A DNA stretch of 64,000 bases from Eledone cirrhosa. Its lineage: Eukaryota. A program made the position numbers and the translations under genes. Positions 52,823 to 64,000 of this stretch are shown one piece after another. The notes under the pieces were generated by a model that had not been told where the DNA came from, ran no database searches, and saw nothing but the letters and a program-made list of their open reading frames with translations. The DNA lies in the NCBI GenBank assembly GCA_964016885.1, contig OZ024756.1:15004001-15068000 (forward strand), in the 5' to 3' direction. Every line of letters begins with the position of its first letter. The stretch's first letter is position 1.

Positions 52823-54533
52823 GTTTCTACAGCTGGATGCCTTTCCTAATGGCAACCACATTTACAGTGTGTGCTGGGTACTTTTTCTTGTGACACCTAC
52901 ACAACCACTTTACAGACTGGACTAGGTGCTTTCTGTCGTGACACCTACACAACCACTTTACAGTGTGGACTGGGTGCTTTCTGTCGTGACACCTACACAA
53001 CCACTCTACAGTGTGGACTGGGTGCTTTCTGTCATGACACCTACACAACCACTTTACAGTGTGGACTGGGTGCTTTCTGTCGTGACACCTACACAACCAC
53101 TTTACAGTGTGGACTAGGTGCTTTCTGCTGTGACACCTACACAACCACTTTACAGTGTGGACCAGGTGCTTTCTGTTGTGACACCTACACAACCACTTTA
53201 CAGTGTGGACTGGGTGCTTTCTGTCGTGACACCTACACAACCAGTTTACAGTGTGGACTGGGTGCTTTCTGTCGTGACACCTACACAACCACTTTACAGT
53301 GTGGACTAGGTGCTTTCTGCTGTGACACCTACACAACCACTTTACAGTGTGGACTAGGTGCTTTCTGTTGTGACACCTACACAACCACTTTACAGTGTGG
53401 ACTGGGTGCTTTCTGTCGTGACACCTACACAACCAGTTTACAGTGTGGACTGAATTCTTTCTGTCGTGACACCTACACAACCAGTTTACAGTGTGGACTG
53501 GGTGCTTTCTGTCGTGACACCTACACAACCACTTTACAGTGTGGACTGGGTGCTTTCTGTCGTGACACCTACACAACTACTTTACAGTGTGGACTGGGTG
53601 GTTTCTGTTGTGACACCTACACAACCACTTTACAGAGTGGACTGGGTGGTTTCTGTCGTGACACCTACACAACTACTTTACAGAGTGGACTGGGTGCTTT
53701 CTGTCGTGACACCTACACAACCACTTTACAGTGTGGACTGGGTGGTTTCTGTCGTGACATCTACACAACCACTTTACAGTGTGGACTGGGTGCTTTCTGT
53801 CATGACACCTACACAAACACTTTACAGTGTGGACTGGGTGCTTTCTGTCGTGACACCTACACAACCACTTTACAGTGTGGACTGGGTGCTTTCTGTCATG
53901 ACACCTACACAAACACTTTACAGTGTGGACTGGGTGCTTTCTGTCGTGACACCTACACAAACACTTTACAGTGTGGACTGGGTGCTTTCTGTCGTGACAC
54001 CTACACAACCACTTTACAGAGTGGACTGGGTGCTTTCTGTTGTGACACCTACACAAACACTTTACAGTGTGGACTGGGTGCTTTCTGTCGTGACACCTAC
54101 ACAACCACTTTACAGTGTGGACTGGGTGCTTTCTGTCGTGACACCTACACAACCACTCTACAGTGTGGACTGGGTGCTTTCTGTCGTGACACCTACACAA
54201 TCACTTTACAGAGTGGACTGGGTGCTTTCTGTCGTGACACCTACACAAACACTTTACAGTGTGGACTGGGTGCTTTCTGTCGTGACACCTACACAACCAC
54301 TTTACAGAGTGGACTGGGTGCTCTCTGTTGTGACACCTACACAACTACTTTACAGAGTGGACTGGGTGCTTTCTGTTGTGACACCTACACAAACACTTTA
54401 CAGAGTGGACTGGGTGCTTTCTGTTGTGACACCTACACAACCAGTTTACAGTGTGGACTGGGTGCTTTCTGTCGTGACACCTACACAACCACTTTACAGA
54501 GTGGACTGGGTGCTTTCTGTTGTGACACCTACA
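52823..54533. repeat. 48-bp minisatellite, about 35 copies, derived from an RTE 3' UTR segment
   Basis: Unit TTTACAGTGTGGACTGGGTGCTTTCTGTCGTGACACCTACACAACCAC, led by GGTTTCTACAGCTGGATGCC. Confidence 0.93.
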
Positions 54534-54547
54534 TATATATATATATA

Positions 54548-54812
54548 TGATGACTGCTACTTCTTTACAGTAGAGGGACATCTCTTCAGCATTGAGCTGA
54601 ACGGCCATGACCCCACAAATGACTCTGTAAACCTGCCTCACTCCTGCACACCCTTTTATAGAGATGTGACGCACATGAGGCTCTGAGTCAGTCCTGGACA
54701 TAACTTGCTCCTTATGTCCTCTCATGTGCCACTTGAGTCCAGCATCAGAATCCATACCAAAACCTAAATGTATGCAGGATGTGGAACCCCTTCTGCCTGT
54801 GTGGGATGACAG
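54548..54812 (-). mobile_element. Possible LINE 3' end with a decayed C2H2-like motif
   Basis: Minus AGLKWHMRGH followed by UTR-like sequence ending GCAGTCATCATATA in (TA)n. Confidence 0.35.
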
Positions 54813-56087
54813 TAAGTTTAATTAACCCTTTAGTATTTAAACCGGCCATATCCAGCCAGAATTCCCACACCTCTTTCTGTTCAAACCGGCTGTAACCAGA
54901 CACTCATACTGATGTTAAGGTATTGTTCTCAAAATATATAACAAAATCTCATAGATTCGATATTATGTGAGATATTTATGTGAGATAAAGCCTTTAACAT
55001 GAAAATACAATAGTATATATAGAGGAATGTAAATGTCATGTGAGATATTATGTGAGGTAAAGCCTTTACTGTGAAAATACAATAGTATATATAGAAGAAT
55101 GGGTTAAGTACAGACTTGGTCAGTAACAACACATCCAACAACATCTCAATATTTCACACCTACTTTTATTTAGTCCATTTAACTATTTAGTAAACTAAAC
55201 AGGTATGGCTGCGTGGATAAATAGTTCGCTTCCCAATTGTTAAGTCTCAGGTTCAATCTCATCATATGGCAGTCGCATGTGTCATTTACCATAGCCTCAG
55301 TCTGACCTGTGCATTGTGAGTTACATTGGGTAGACAGAGACTGATTGGAAGCCTGCCACACACCACAGTGTCACAGTGTATCTCTCTGAGAATCACATTA
55401 ACCCTTTAACATTTAAACTGGCCATATCTGGCCAGAATTAGTCCACCTCTTTCTGTTCAAAGCAGCCATAGCTTGCTACTCATACTGATGTTAAGGTATT
55501 GTTCTCAAAATAAATAATATCAAAATCTCAAAGATTCAATATCATGTGAGATATTATGTGAAATAAAGCCTTTACCATGAAAATACAATAGTAAATATGG
55601 AGTAATGTAAATGCTAAAGGGTTAAGATATATGTATCTGTAGAATTTTCACTCAACCAGTAACATGTTAATTTCACAAGCAGGCTGTCCTGTTGCCTGGC
55701 CAAGTGGAACAGCCACAGTCAAAACTGACAGAGGTTCAATCCAAAGTAAATAGGTTTAGTTGTGTGGTTAAGGAGTTTTCTTCACAAACATTGATTAATC
55801 TGTTGACTGCCACATATATTTTACACAAATACAGCTGTTGTGCTGGGTTCTTTTTTTCTTTTAGTAAAATGATTATTTTTTAAACAAACATTTATTAACA
55901 ACACATATCTGAATGATAGACAAACATCACATCAATAAACTAGTAACCCCATCTAGCTTTGAAGTTATGAACTGTCAGAAATGAGTTCATAACTTTGAAG
56001 TTATGAACTGTTGGAAAAGAGTTCAAACATCTTAGGATGAGTTATCTCGTCTACGGCACTGAAGAGGTTAATAAAATAAATACTTAC

Positions 56088-56267
56088 CTCATTCTTTGGT
56101 TTCATTTTATCATAACAGTAAAGATGTGCTACTTTAGAATAATCAATCAAGCCATCATTTCCATCAAGTTCTGATGCCAATTCTTCTTCATCATCTCCAA
56201 ATACATACAGGCTGATAATTTCATTTTTGTCAGCTGATGCCATCGCTGAAGATTCAAAACCGCTGTC
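56088..56267 (-). CDS. KIF28: KIF28-like exon (60 codons, acidic DSGFESS...KPKNE)
   Basis: ccccccaacag|GAC acceptor and GAG|gtaagt donor, 180 nt, phase 0. Confidence 0.62.
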
Positions 56268-57664
56268 CTGTTGGGGGGGGGACAAACAAAAATAGAAATA
56301 GTTAATACAGGTAAAATTCCATTATAACGAATACCATTATAACAAATTTTTCAGTATAACGACTTTTTTTCCAATGCCCGAGGTAATGTCAAACAAACAC
56401 TTGATTTGTTTCAGTCGATCTTGTTATAAAGAAATTTTCCTGCTAATAAATTTTTTTTTATACCCCGTGAATTTCATTATAACGGAATTTCACTGTATAA
56501 AGAATGATGTGCTCACATGCAGAGATGCTATAAAATAGCTTATAAAATAGGATGAATACCCTTAAAAATAGAAAAACAAGTTGCTCTCAGCTGTTATGAG
56601 GAATTGAGCCCCATATCTCCCAGATATCAGTGAGATGCTTTTAACCATTAATCGAACAAAACTAGAAAAGTAAAGATATTAGTCATATGGAGTGGACCTC
56701 CATTGGTTTCAACAATGAGTGTTTCAGTTGTTTAATCAATAGAATAGCCTGATCATGGAATTAAAGTATAAGTAGCTGAGAATTCCTAGACAAGTGTACC
56801 TGTAGTGTAAGTCTCAGTGATATTTCACCTGACACACAGGTGTAAGTAGCTGAGTATTCCTAGACAGGTGTACCTGTAGCATAAGTCTCAGTGATATTTC
56901 ACCTGACACATGTGGGTGACAAGGCTGTACAAATATAGTTCATTAGACAGGCTTTCAATCAGGTTCCGTCTACCAAATTTTACTCACAAGACACCATGCA
57001 GGGGAATCAAACTCAGGACCTAATGATTGTAAAGCAAACTTATTTACCAGTCGGCCATGCAATGTCCATTAGTCATATAATTTCTACTGGTTAACTTCCT
57101 CTGACAACCAAATAAGTTCCCACAGATGAAAGGGAGAAGCAGACGATAGGACAAAATGGAGAAACTTGTTATCCATTTAGCATTTAAACTGGCTGTATCC
57201 GGCCAGAATTCTCTCACCTCTTTCTGTTGTTCAAACCAGCCGTAACTGGCTGCTCATACTGATGTTAAGGTATTGTTCTCAAAATAAATAGCATCAAAAT
57301 CTCGTAGATCCAATATTATGTGAGATAATTACATAAGATAAAACCTTTAACACAAAACTACAATAGTATATATAGAGTAATGGAAATGCTAAGGGTTAAG
57401 CTGCCTGCCAAGTTAACCCATATTTGAGCAGGGAAAATGGTCTTAACACTTTTCATTCAAAGTCACATGAAACTGCGCCTGGTACTATAAAACAAAACTG
57501 TCTCTTTTAAAGACTTAATAGTCATATTTTTTAAAAAACCTTCAATCATTATTTAAAAACATTTCTTAAGTTATATTCTAAAAATCAACAATTTAATGAA
57601 AAAGTAGTTATATTACTAAATCTCTTCAAATTCTTGAATATGTTCATAATTATTTTAAAACCAG

Positions 57665-58388
57665 AGGCAGTGTCTTTCATTACAAATACAGTAGTGAAAG
57701 GGGTTAAAACCATAGTGTCTTTCATTAGAAATATGGTAATGAAAGGATTAATGACATAGGTAGTGTCTTTCATTAGAAATATGGTAAAGAAAGGGTTAAA
57801 GACATAGACAGTATCTTTCATTAGAAATATGGTAATGAAAGGATTAATGACATAGGTAGTGTCTTTCATTAGAAATATGGTAAAGAAAGGGTTAAAGACA
57901 TAGACAGTGTCTTTCATTAGAAATATGGTAATGAAAATGTTCATGACATAGACAGTGTCTTTCATTAGAAATATGGTAATGAAAGGGTTAATGACATAGG
58001 CAGTGTCTTTCATTAGAAATATGGTAATTAAAGGGTTAGTGACATAGGCAGTATCTTTCATTAGAAATATGGTAATTAAAGGGTTAGTGACATAGGCAGT
58101 ATCTTTCATTAGAAATATGGTAATTAAAGGGTTAGTGACATAGGCAGTGTCTTTCATTAGAAATATGGTAATGAAAGGGTTAATGACATAGGCAGTGTCT
58201 TTCATTAGAAATATGGTAATGAAATGGTTAATGACATAGGCAGTGTCTTTCATTAGAAATATGGTAATGAAAGGGTTAATGACATAGACAGTATCTTTCA
58301 TTAGAAATATGGTAATTAAATGGTTAGTGACATAGGCAGTGTATTTCATTAGAAATATGGTAATGAAAGGGTTAATGACATAGGCAGT
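57665..58388. repeat. 48-bp minisatellite, about 15 copies
   Basis: Unit GGCAGTGTCTTTCATTAGAAATATGGTAATGAAAGGGTTAATGACATA, which includes an AAAGGG-TTAA MITE-like terminus. Confidence 0.93.
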
Positions 58389-58428
58389 AATATGAGGAAT
58401 ATATAGAAGAGACAAATGTTAGTCATAC

Positions 58429-58557
58429 CTCATTGTTTGATGAAAGGTTTGTTCTTAGTTTCGTTCCAGTGCTTTTAGCTACAGCAGAGATGGATTGCCA
58501 AAATTGCATGAAGTGCTGCTTCTCTTCAGGTTTTTGGGCCCATTCCAGACAGAGTTG
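58429..58557 (-). CDS. KIF28: KIF28-like exon (43 codons, QLCLEWAQKPEEKQHFMQFWQSISAVAKSTGTKLRTNLSSNNE)
   Basis: ttctacttaacag|CAA acceptor and GAG|gtatga donor, 129 nt, open frame, phase 0. This frame is not in the ORF track. Confidence 0.7.
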
Positions 58558-58867
58558 CTGTTAAGTAGAATGAATATATATATATATATATGTGTGTGTC
58601 TGTGTGTATGTGTGTGTGTGCATGGGCATGTGTGTGTGTGCATGGGCATGTGTGTGTGTGCATGTGTGTATAGATAGGTGCATGCATATATGTGTGTAAG
58701 AATGTACAGATGGATGGACAGCTGCATGCATATGTGCACGTATATATATGTGTGTGCATGTATATATGTATGTGTGTTTGTGTGTGTGTATAAACCTCCC
58801 AACATCTTGCCAGACCTCACTGCACCTCCCAACATCTCCCAACAACACCATGAATTAAATTCTTTAC

Positions 58868-59011
58868 TTGTATCCGTCTTTCCTTCTGTGTTAGTCTCTC
58901 ATTCTTCTTCTGAAGGAGGAGAAGTTCTGTCTTTAAATGCTGCTGTTGGTTCTTATCTGCTTTGTTATTGTTTGGTTTCATCAAGTCTTTGGATCTCTCC
59001 TGCCGTAATTC
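58868..59011 (-). CDS. KIF28: KIF28-like exon (48 codons, coiled coil ELRQERSK...KERRIQ)
   Basis: gactgtattgcag|GAA acceptor and CAA|gtaaag donor, 144 nt, phase 0. Joins as MTTQ-ELRQ. Confidence 0.7.
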
Positions 59012-59012
59012 C

Positions 59013-60856
59013 TGCAATACAGTCACATTGATATTTAGATTGCAATACAGTCACATTGATACTCAGATTGCAATACAGTCACATTGATACTCAGATTGCA
59101 ATACAGTCACATTGATATTCAGATTGCAATACATTCACATTGATATTCAGATTGCAATACAGTCACATTGATATTTAGATTGCAATACAGTCACATTGAT
59201 ATTCAGATTACAATACAGTCACATTGATTCTCAGATTGCAATACAGTCACATTGATATTCAGATTGCAATACAGTCACATTGATATTCAGATTACAATAC
59301 AGTCACATTGATACTCAGATTACAATACAGTCACATTGATATTCAGATTGTAATACAGTCACATTGATACTCAGATTACAATACAATCACATTGATTCTC
59401 AGATTGTAATAGTCACATTGATATACAGATTGCAATACAGTCACATTGATACTCAGATTGCAATACAGTCACATTGATACTCAGATTGCAATACAGTCAC
59501 ACAGATACTCAGATTGCAATACAATCACATTGATACTCAGATCGCAATACAGTCACATTGATATTCAGATTGCAATACAGTCACATTGATACTCAGATTG
59601 TAATACAGTCACATTGATATTCAGATTGCAATACAGTCACATTGATATTCAGATTCTAATACAGTCACATTGATATTCAGATTACAATACAGTCACATTG
59701 ATATTCAGATTGTAATACAGTCACATTGATACTCAGATTGCAATACAGTCACATTGATACTCAGATTGCAATACAGTCACATTGATATTCAGATTGTAAT
59801 ACAGTCACATTGATACTCAGATTACAATACAGTTACATTGATACTCAGATTGCAATACAATCACATTGATACTCAGATTGCAATACAATCACATTGATAT
59901 TCAGATTGCAATACAGTCACATTGATATTCAGATTGTAATACAGTCACATTGATATTTAGATTGCAATACAATCACATTGATACTCAGATTGCAATACAG
60001 TCACATTGATACTCAGATTGCAATACAATCACATTGATATTCAGATTGCAATACAGTCACATTGATATTCAGATTGCAATACAGTCACATTGATTCTCAG
60101 ATTGCAATACAGTCACATTGATATTCAGATTGTAATACAATCACATTGATACTCAGATTACAATACAGTCACATTGATATGCAGATTACAATACAGTCAC
60201 ATTGATATTCAGATTGCAATACAATCACATTGATATTCAGATTGCAATACAGTCACATTGATATTCAGATTGTAATACAATCACATTGATACTCAGATTG
60301 TAATACAATCACATTGATACTCAGATTGCAATACAGTCACATTGATACTCAGATTACAATACAGTCACATTGATATTCAGATTACAATACAGTCACATTG
60401 ATATTCAGATTACAATACAATCACATTGATATTCAGATTGCAATACAGTCACATTGATACTCAGATTGCAATACAATCACATTGATACTCAGACTGCAAT
60501 ACAGTCACATTGATATTCAGATTGCAATACAATCACATTGATACTCAGATTGCAATACAGTCATATTGATACTCAGATTGCAATACAGTCACATTGATAT
60601 TCAAATTGCAATACAGTCACATTGATACTCAGATTGCAATACTGTCACATTGATACTCAGATTGCAATACAGTCACATTGATTCTCAGATTGCAATACAG
60701 TCACATTGATACTCAGATTGCAATACAGTCCCATTGATACTCAGATTACAATACAATCACATTGATACTCAGATTGCAATACAATCACACTGATACTCAG
60801 ATTGCAATACAGTCACATTGATACTCAGATTGCAATACAGTCACATTGATTTTCAG
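59013..60856. repeat. 28-bp minisatellite, about 66 copies, abutting a splice acceptor
   Basis: Unit TGCAATACAGTCACATTGATAYTCAGAT. Confidence 0.95.
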
Positions 60857-61188
60857 AGAAAATGTTCTGGTTTCTTCTCCTTGGAATTAAATTAATACCA
60901 AAGAGAAGAGAAGGAACCAGAATATTTTCTCTGAAAGTTCCTCATACTCTGAAGAAGGGAATTTTAAGTCCTGAAATATTGGACAGAAGAAACTACAGCA
61001 ACAACAAAAAACAAAACAAAGATTACCAGGTAACTTACTTTTTTGTTACCTCCATCTTACCTTCCATTTTGAATTGTTTAGCCTTCTATCATTTTCCACA
61101 TTATATATTATATACAATGCTTCAAACAAACTACATTTTATTATAGAAAATAGACATTAAACAATGACGATGTTACTAATAGACTTAC

Positions 61189-61458
61189 TTGAGTTGTCAT
61201 TTCCTGCTTTTTCAAGTCTGCAGTAGTGTCATCCTGTGCTGCATACATCCAAAATGTTATGGAACCAGATGTAAAGAAAACCACATGCTCTTCTGTCAGT
61301 GGCTGGAAGCTAAATATTTTGGAATGGTTAAACACAGGGTTTAACATTCCTTTTACCATTTCAGTCTCAGTAAACACAGTTTTGGGATTTAGACGATAGC
61401 AGACTTTCAAACCTTTCATGAACCTCTTATTGTAAACTGTGGCATCTTTAACGGTCAC
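61189..61458 (-). CDS. KIF28: Internal exon (90 codons) of a kinesin-3 KIF28/KLP-6-like gene, C-terminal C2-like region
   Basis: ttttcatag|GTG acceptor and CAA|gtaagt donor, 270 nt, phase 0. Peptide VTVKDATVYNKRFMKGLKVCYRL...MLNPVFNHSKIFSF...GSITFWMYAAQDD...MTTQ resembles KIF28/KLP-6 tails from recall. Upstream exons lie beyond the window or were not found. Confidence 0.7.
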
Positions 61459-61612
61459 CTATGAAAACAGAAAACACAGAGAAGTGATGAGATTTTCATT
61501 TCTAGCTTTTTTGCCACCTAGCAACATGAAACTGCTCCTGAGTCTGTGATATGAAACTATGTTTTAACAGAAGGGAGGAATTTGTAGCTTACTTGAAAAA
61601 TTGTGTATGGTA

Positions 61613-61941
61613 TATAAAATTTGAAGTTTGAAAGCCATGACAGTTTGAAATGAATAAATAAAGAGTGAAACAAGGTTTTGTGTGTATTACCTTTATTTAT
61701 TTATACGTCCTGATATTTTGAGATTAAAATCTCTTCTTCTAAGGAAAATCACTTCCTCCATCATGGTATAACACACTCCATCAGACACTGGATTAGTCCC
61801 TTTTATTTTTCTCGGAAGAAGAGATTTTCATCTTGAAATATCAGGACATATAAATAAATGATGCTAAAACACACAACACCTTGTTTCACTCTTTATTTGT
61901 CCATTTCACATTGTTGTGGCTTTCAAACTTAAAATTTTATG
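61613..61941. repeat. Old inverted repeat (~135-bp diverged arms)
   Basis: 61613-61750 aligns to the reverse complement of 61805-61941. Confidence 0.75.
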
Positions 61942-62261
61942 TTTTAACACTTTCATTACAACAGGCTGTGTCAGTATTTTGAGGACACTTCTTTCTTGAG
62001 CTCTAACTTTCTTGTAAAAGTTCCCTGATTGGTTCAAATTGTTGGGAGTTTGTAGAAGTGAAAGGAACCTAGAAGAACTTTTGTACTATACTGCACAGAT
62101 ATTCATGGTTGTTAATAAAGGTATGTACATGTCGTAGGTAAGTGTATTTATATGATAGATGTGTATATAAATGCCATTTATATGTGTATATTACTAATAA
62201 AAAATACTGTGTAAGATTTTCAAATCAGGATTTAGTAATATAATTAACTTTCTCATTATTC

Positions 62262-62318
62262 GGTTAGTGTTAGGGTTAGGGTTAGGGTTAGGGTTAGGGT
62301 TATGGTTAGGGTTAGTGT
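62262..62318 (+). repeat. Interstitial telomeric (TTAGGG)n tract
   Basis: Five consecutive perfect TTAGGG units plus degenerate units. Confidence 0.85.
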
Positions 62319-62703
62319 TTGGAACTTAAACATTCTTACATAAAATTATGACAGAAGGTATATCATGATTCATTTCATTTTACGTCCACTTTTTCCCTGC
62401 TTGCAAGGGTGGGACGGGAACTGATTCTGGCTTGATTTCTACAGCTGGATGCCCTTCCTAACACCAACCTCATTTACAGTGAGTGCTGGGTGCTTTTTTT
62501 TGCCGTGGCACCTCCACGACCACTTTGCAATGGAATGATAGGGACCCCAATCCCTATCATCTCATTTCTATAGCTGAGTAAACTGGAGCAATGTGAAATA
62601 AAGTGTCTTCGTCAAGGAAACAACACATCACCCGGTCTGAGAATTGAACTCACAACCTTTCGATTGCAAGCCCAGTGCTCTAACCACTAAGCCATGTGCT
62701 TCC

Positions 62704-62795
<92 letters not shown>

Positions 62796-62950
62796 TTAGT
62801 CCAGAATTAGCTGTCGAAACGGCTTGACCTCAGCCGTCGGGGTCCTACTCATTCCTATCACCCACTCTACTACCCTAAGTATTGAGTACTTTGGTGCGTT
62901 ATGGTCCATCTGGTTCCTTACCACATTTCGTTCGTTATATATATATATAT

Positions 62951-64000
62951 ATCATCATCATCATCACCATCATCGTTTAATGTCCATCTTCCATGCTAGA
63001 ATGGGTTAGACAGTTTTGTTCCATTTGATGTGGGATTAGTTGGGAGACCATGTCTCGCTCATACGGAAGTGTCTCTAGAAGGTTTTCTACGGCTGGATGC
63101 CCTTGCTAACGCCAACCACTTTTACAGTGTGGACTGGGAGGTTTTTACCATATCTCCTACACAACCACTTTACAGTGTGGACTGGGAGGTTTTTACCATA
63201 TCTCCTACACAACCACTTTACAATGTGGACTGGGAAGTTTTTACCATATCTCCTACACAACCACTTTACAGTGTGGACTGGGTGCTTTTTGTTGGGTCAC
63301 CAACACAGTGGACGGAAATGGGAGGATGGGGTAGGATGTGTGGGGTGAGGTGTATATTGTGTTAAAAGGTGCCTACTGGCTGTAGGTTTGTATACAAGGG
63401 AACTGCATGGCACCAAAGATCTCGATCCAGCAACATTGTTTTAGAGAGGTGTAGGTGAGCAATGTCAGTCTTTATCACCTCGTCCCAGGTTTTTCTCGGT
63501 CTACCCACTCCGTAGCTTCCATCAATTATCATTGCTCTGCACTTTTTTATACAGCTGTCATCCTTCATACGCATCACATGACCATACCAACGCAATCTCC
63601 TCTCCAGAACATGACATTTGATACCTCTCATGCTTAATCTCTCTCTCAATTCGTTTATGCTTCGCCATTCGCGCACATTACTATTACACAAGCCATAACA
63701 GAGGAGTTTAAGACTGGCTGCCCATGGGAACTTCTCTTTCCTGATGATCTGGTACTTATAGCAGAATCAGTAGAGGAGCTAGAGAATAAATTCTGGCTAT
63801 GGAAACAGCAGTTGGAATCAAGAGGACTGAGAGTGAACTTAGCTAAGACTAAAGTGTTGATAAGTAGAAAAGCGGACAAAACTCTGATTCCGTCAGAAAA
63901 GGAACTGGCATAAATTCTATAGAATGTACACATGCAGATCTTGGGTGCACAAGAGATGTAGTGGGATAGCAGGCAAAATAACAGGTAAGGAAAACTACGT
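62951..64000 (-). mobile_element. RTE LINE 3' end with (ATG)n tail and an inverted RT segment (63689-64000, plus strand)
   Basis: Minus: ERRLRWYGHVMRM..GRPRKTWDEV. Plus: QAITEEFKTGCPWELLFPDDLVLIAES..GLRVNLAKTKV. Confidence 0.88.

Noticed and set aside
52871-54686. 559-aa and 406-aa Cys/Thr-rich ORFs
   Set aside because: These are a by-product of a 48-bp (multiple of 3) unit that is open in several frames and both strands. The unit derives from a LINE UTR and lies in a predicted intron.
57585-58415. 276-aa hydrophobic repeat ORF
   Set aside because: It is an intronic 48-bp minisatellite with no flanking splice signals.
61613-61941. Functional HHR in the old inverted repeat
   Set aside because: Only CTGATA...GAAA remnants remain, too decayed to call.
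62262-62318. True chromosome end
   Set aside because: The tract is short, degenerate and internal, probably intronic.

Overview
This window is eukaryotic, not prokaryotic. It is repeat-saturated animal DNA with long (TA)n/(CA)n tracts, tRNA-headed SINEs, RTE/CR1/CRE LINE relics, Penelope-like relics, MITEs and several minisatellites. The repeat repertoire suggests a coleoid cephalopod such as an octopus (inference from recall, not searched). Almost all of the ORF track is artefact. Host coding sequence consists of five phase-0 minus-strand exons of a KIF28/KLP-6-like kinesin C-terminus ending in a CaaX box (61458 to 51950) and a probable plus-strand terminal exon of an unidentified gene (8162-8347). 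The two genes converge across about 43 kb of repeats. The main hidden signal is a set of minimal type I hammerhead ribozyme (HHR) motifs embedded in (TA)n tracts. There are about six with intact cores and about ten degenerate or half motifs, in at least six families. They show stem covariation, palindromic stem-III loops, frequent fold-back duplications, one retrozyme-like ~300-bp unit and one copy directly after a GIY-YIG C-terminus. Other notable items are three RTE-type LINE copies with twin-priming-like 5' inversions, a (TTAGGG)3 insertion at a 112-bp duplication junction, and minisatellites grown out of splice acceptors and transposon segments. All coordinates, folds and family assignments were read by eye; no searches were run.
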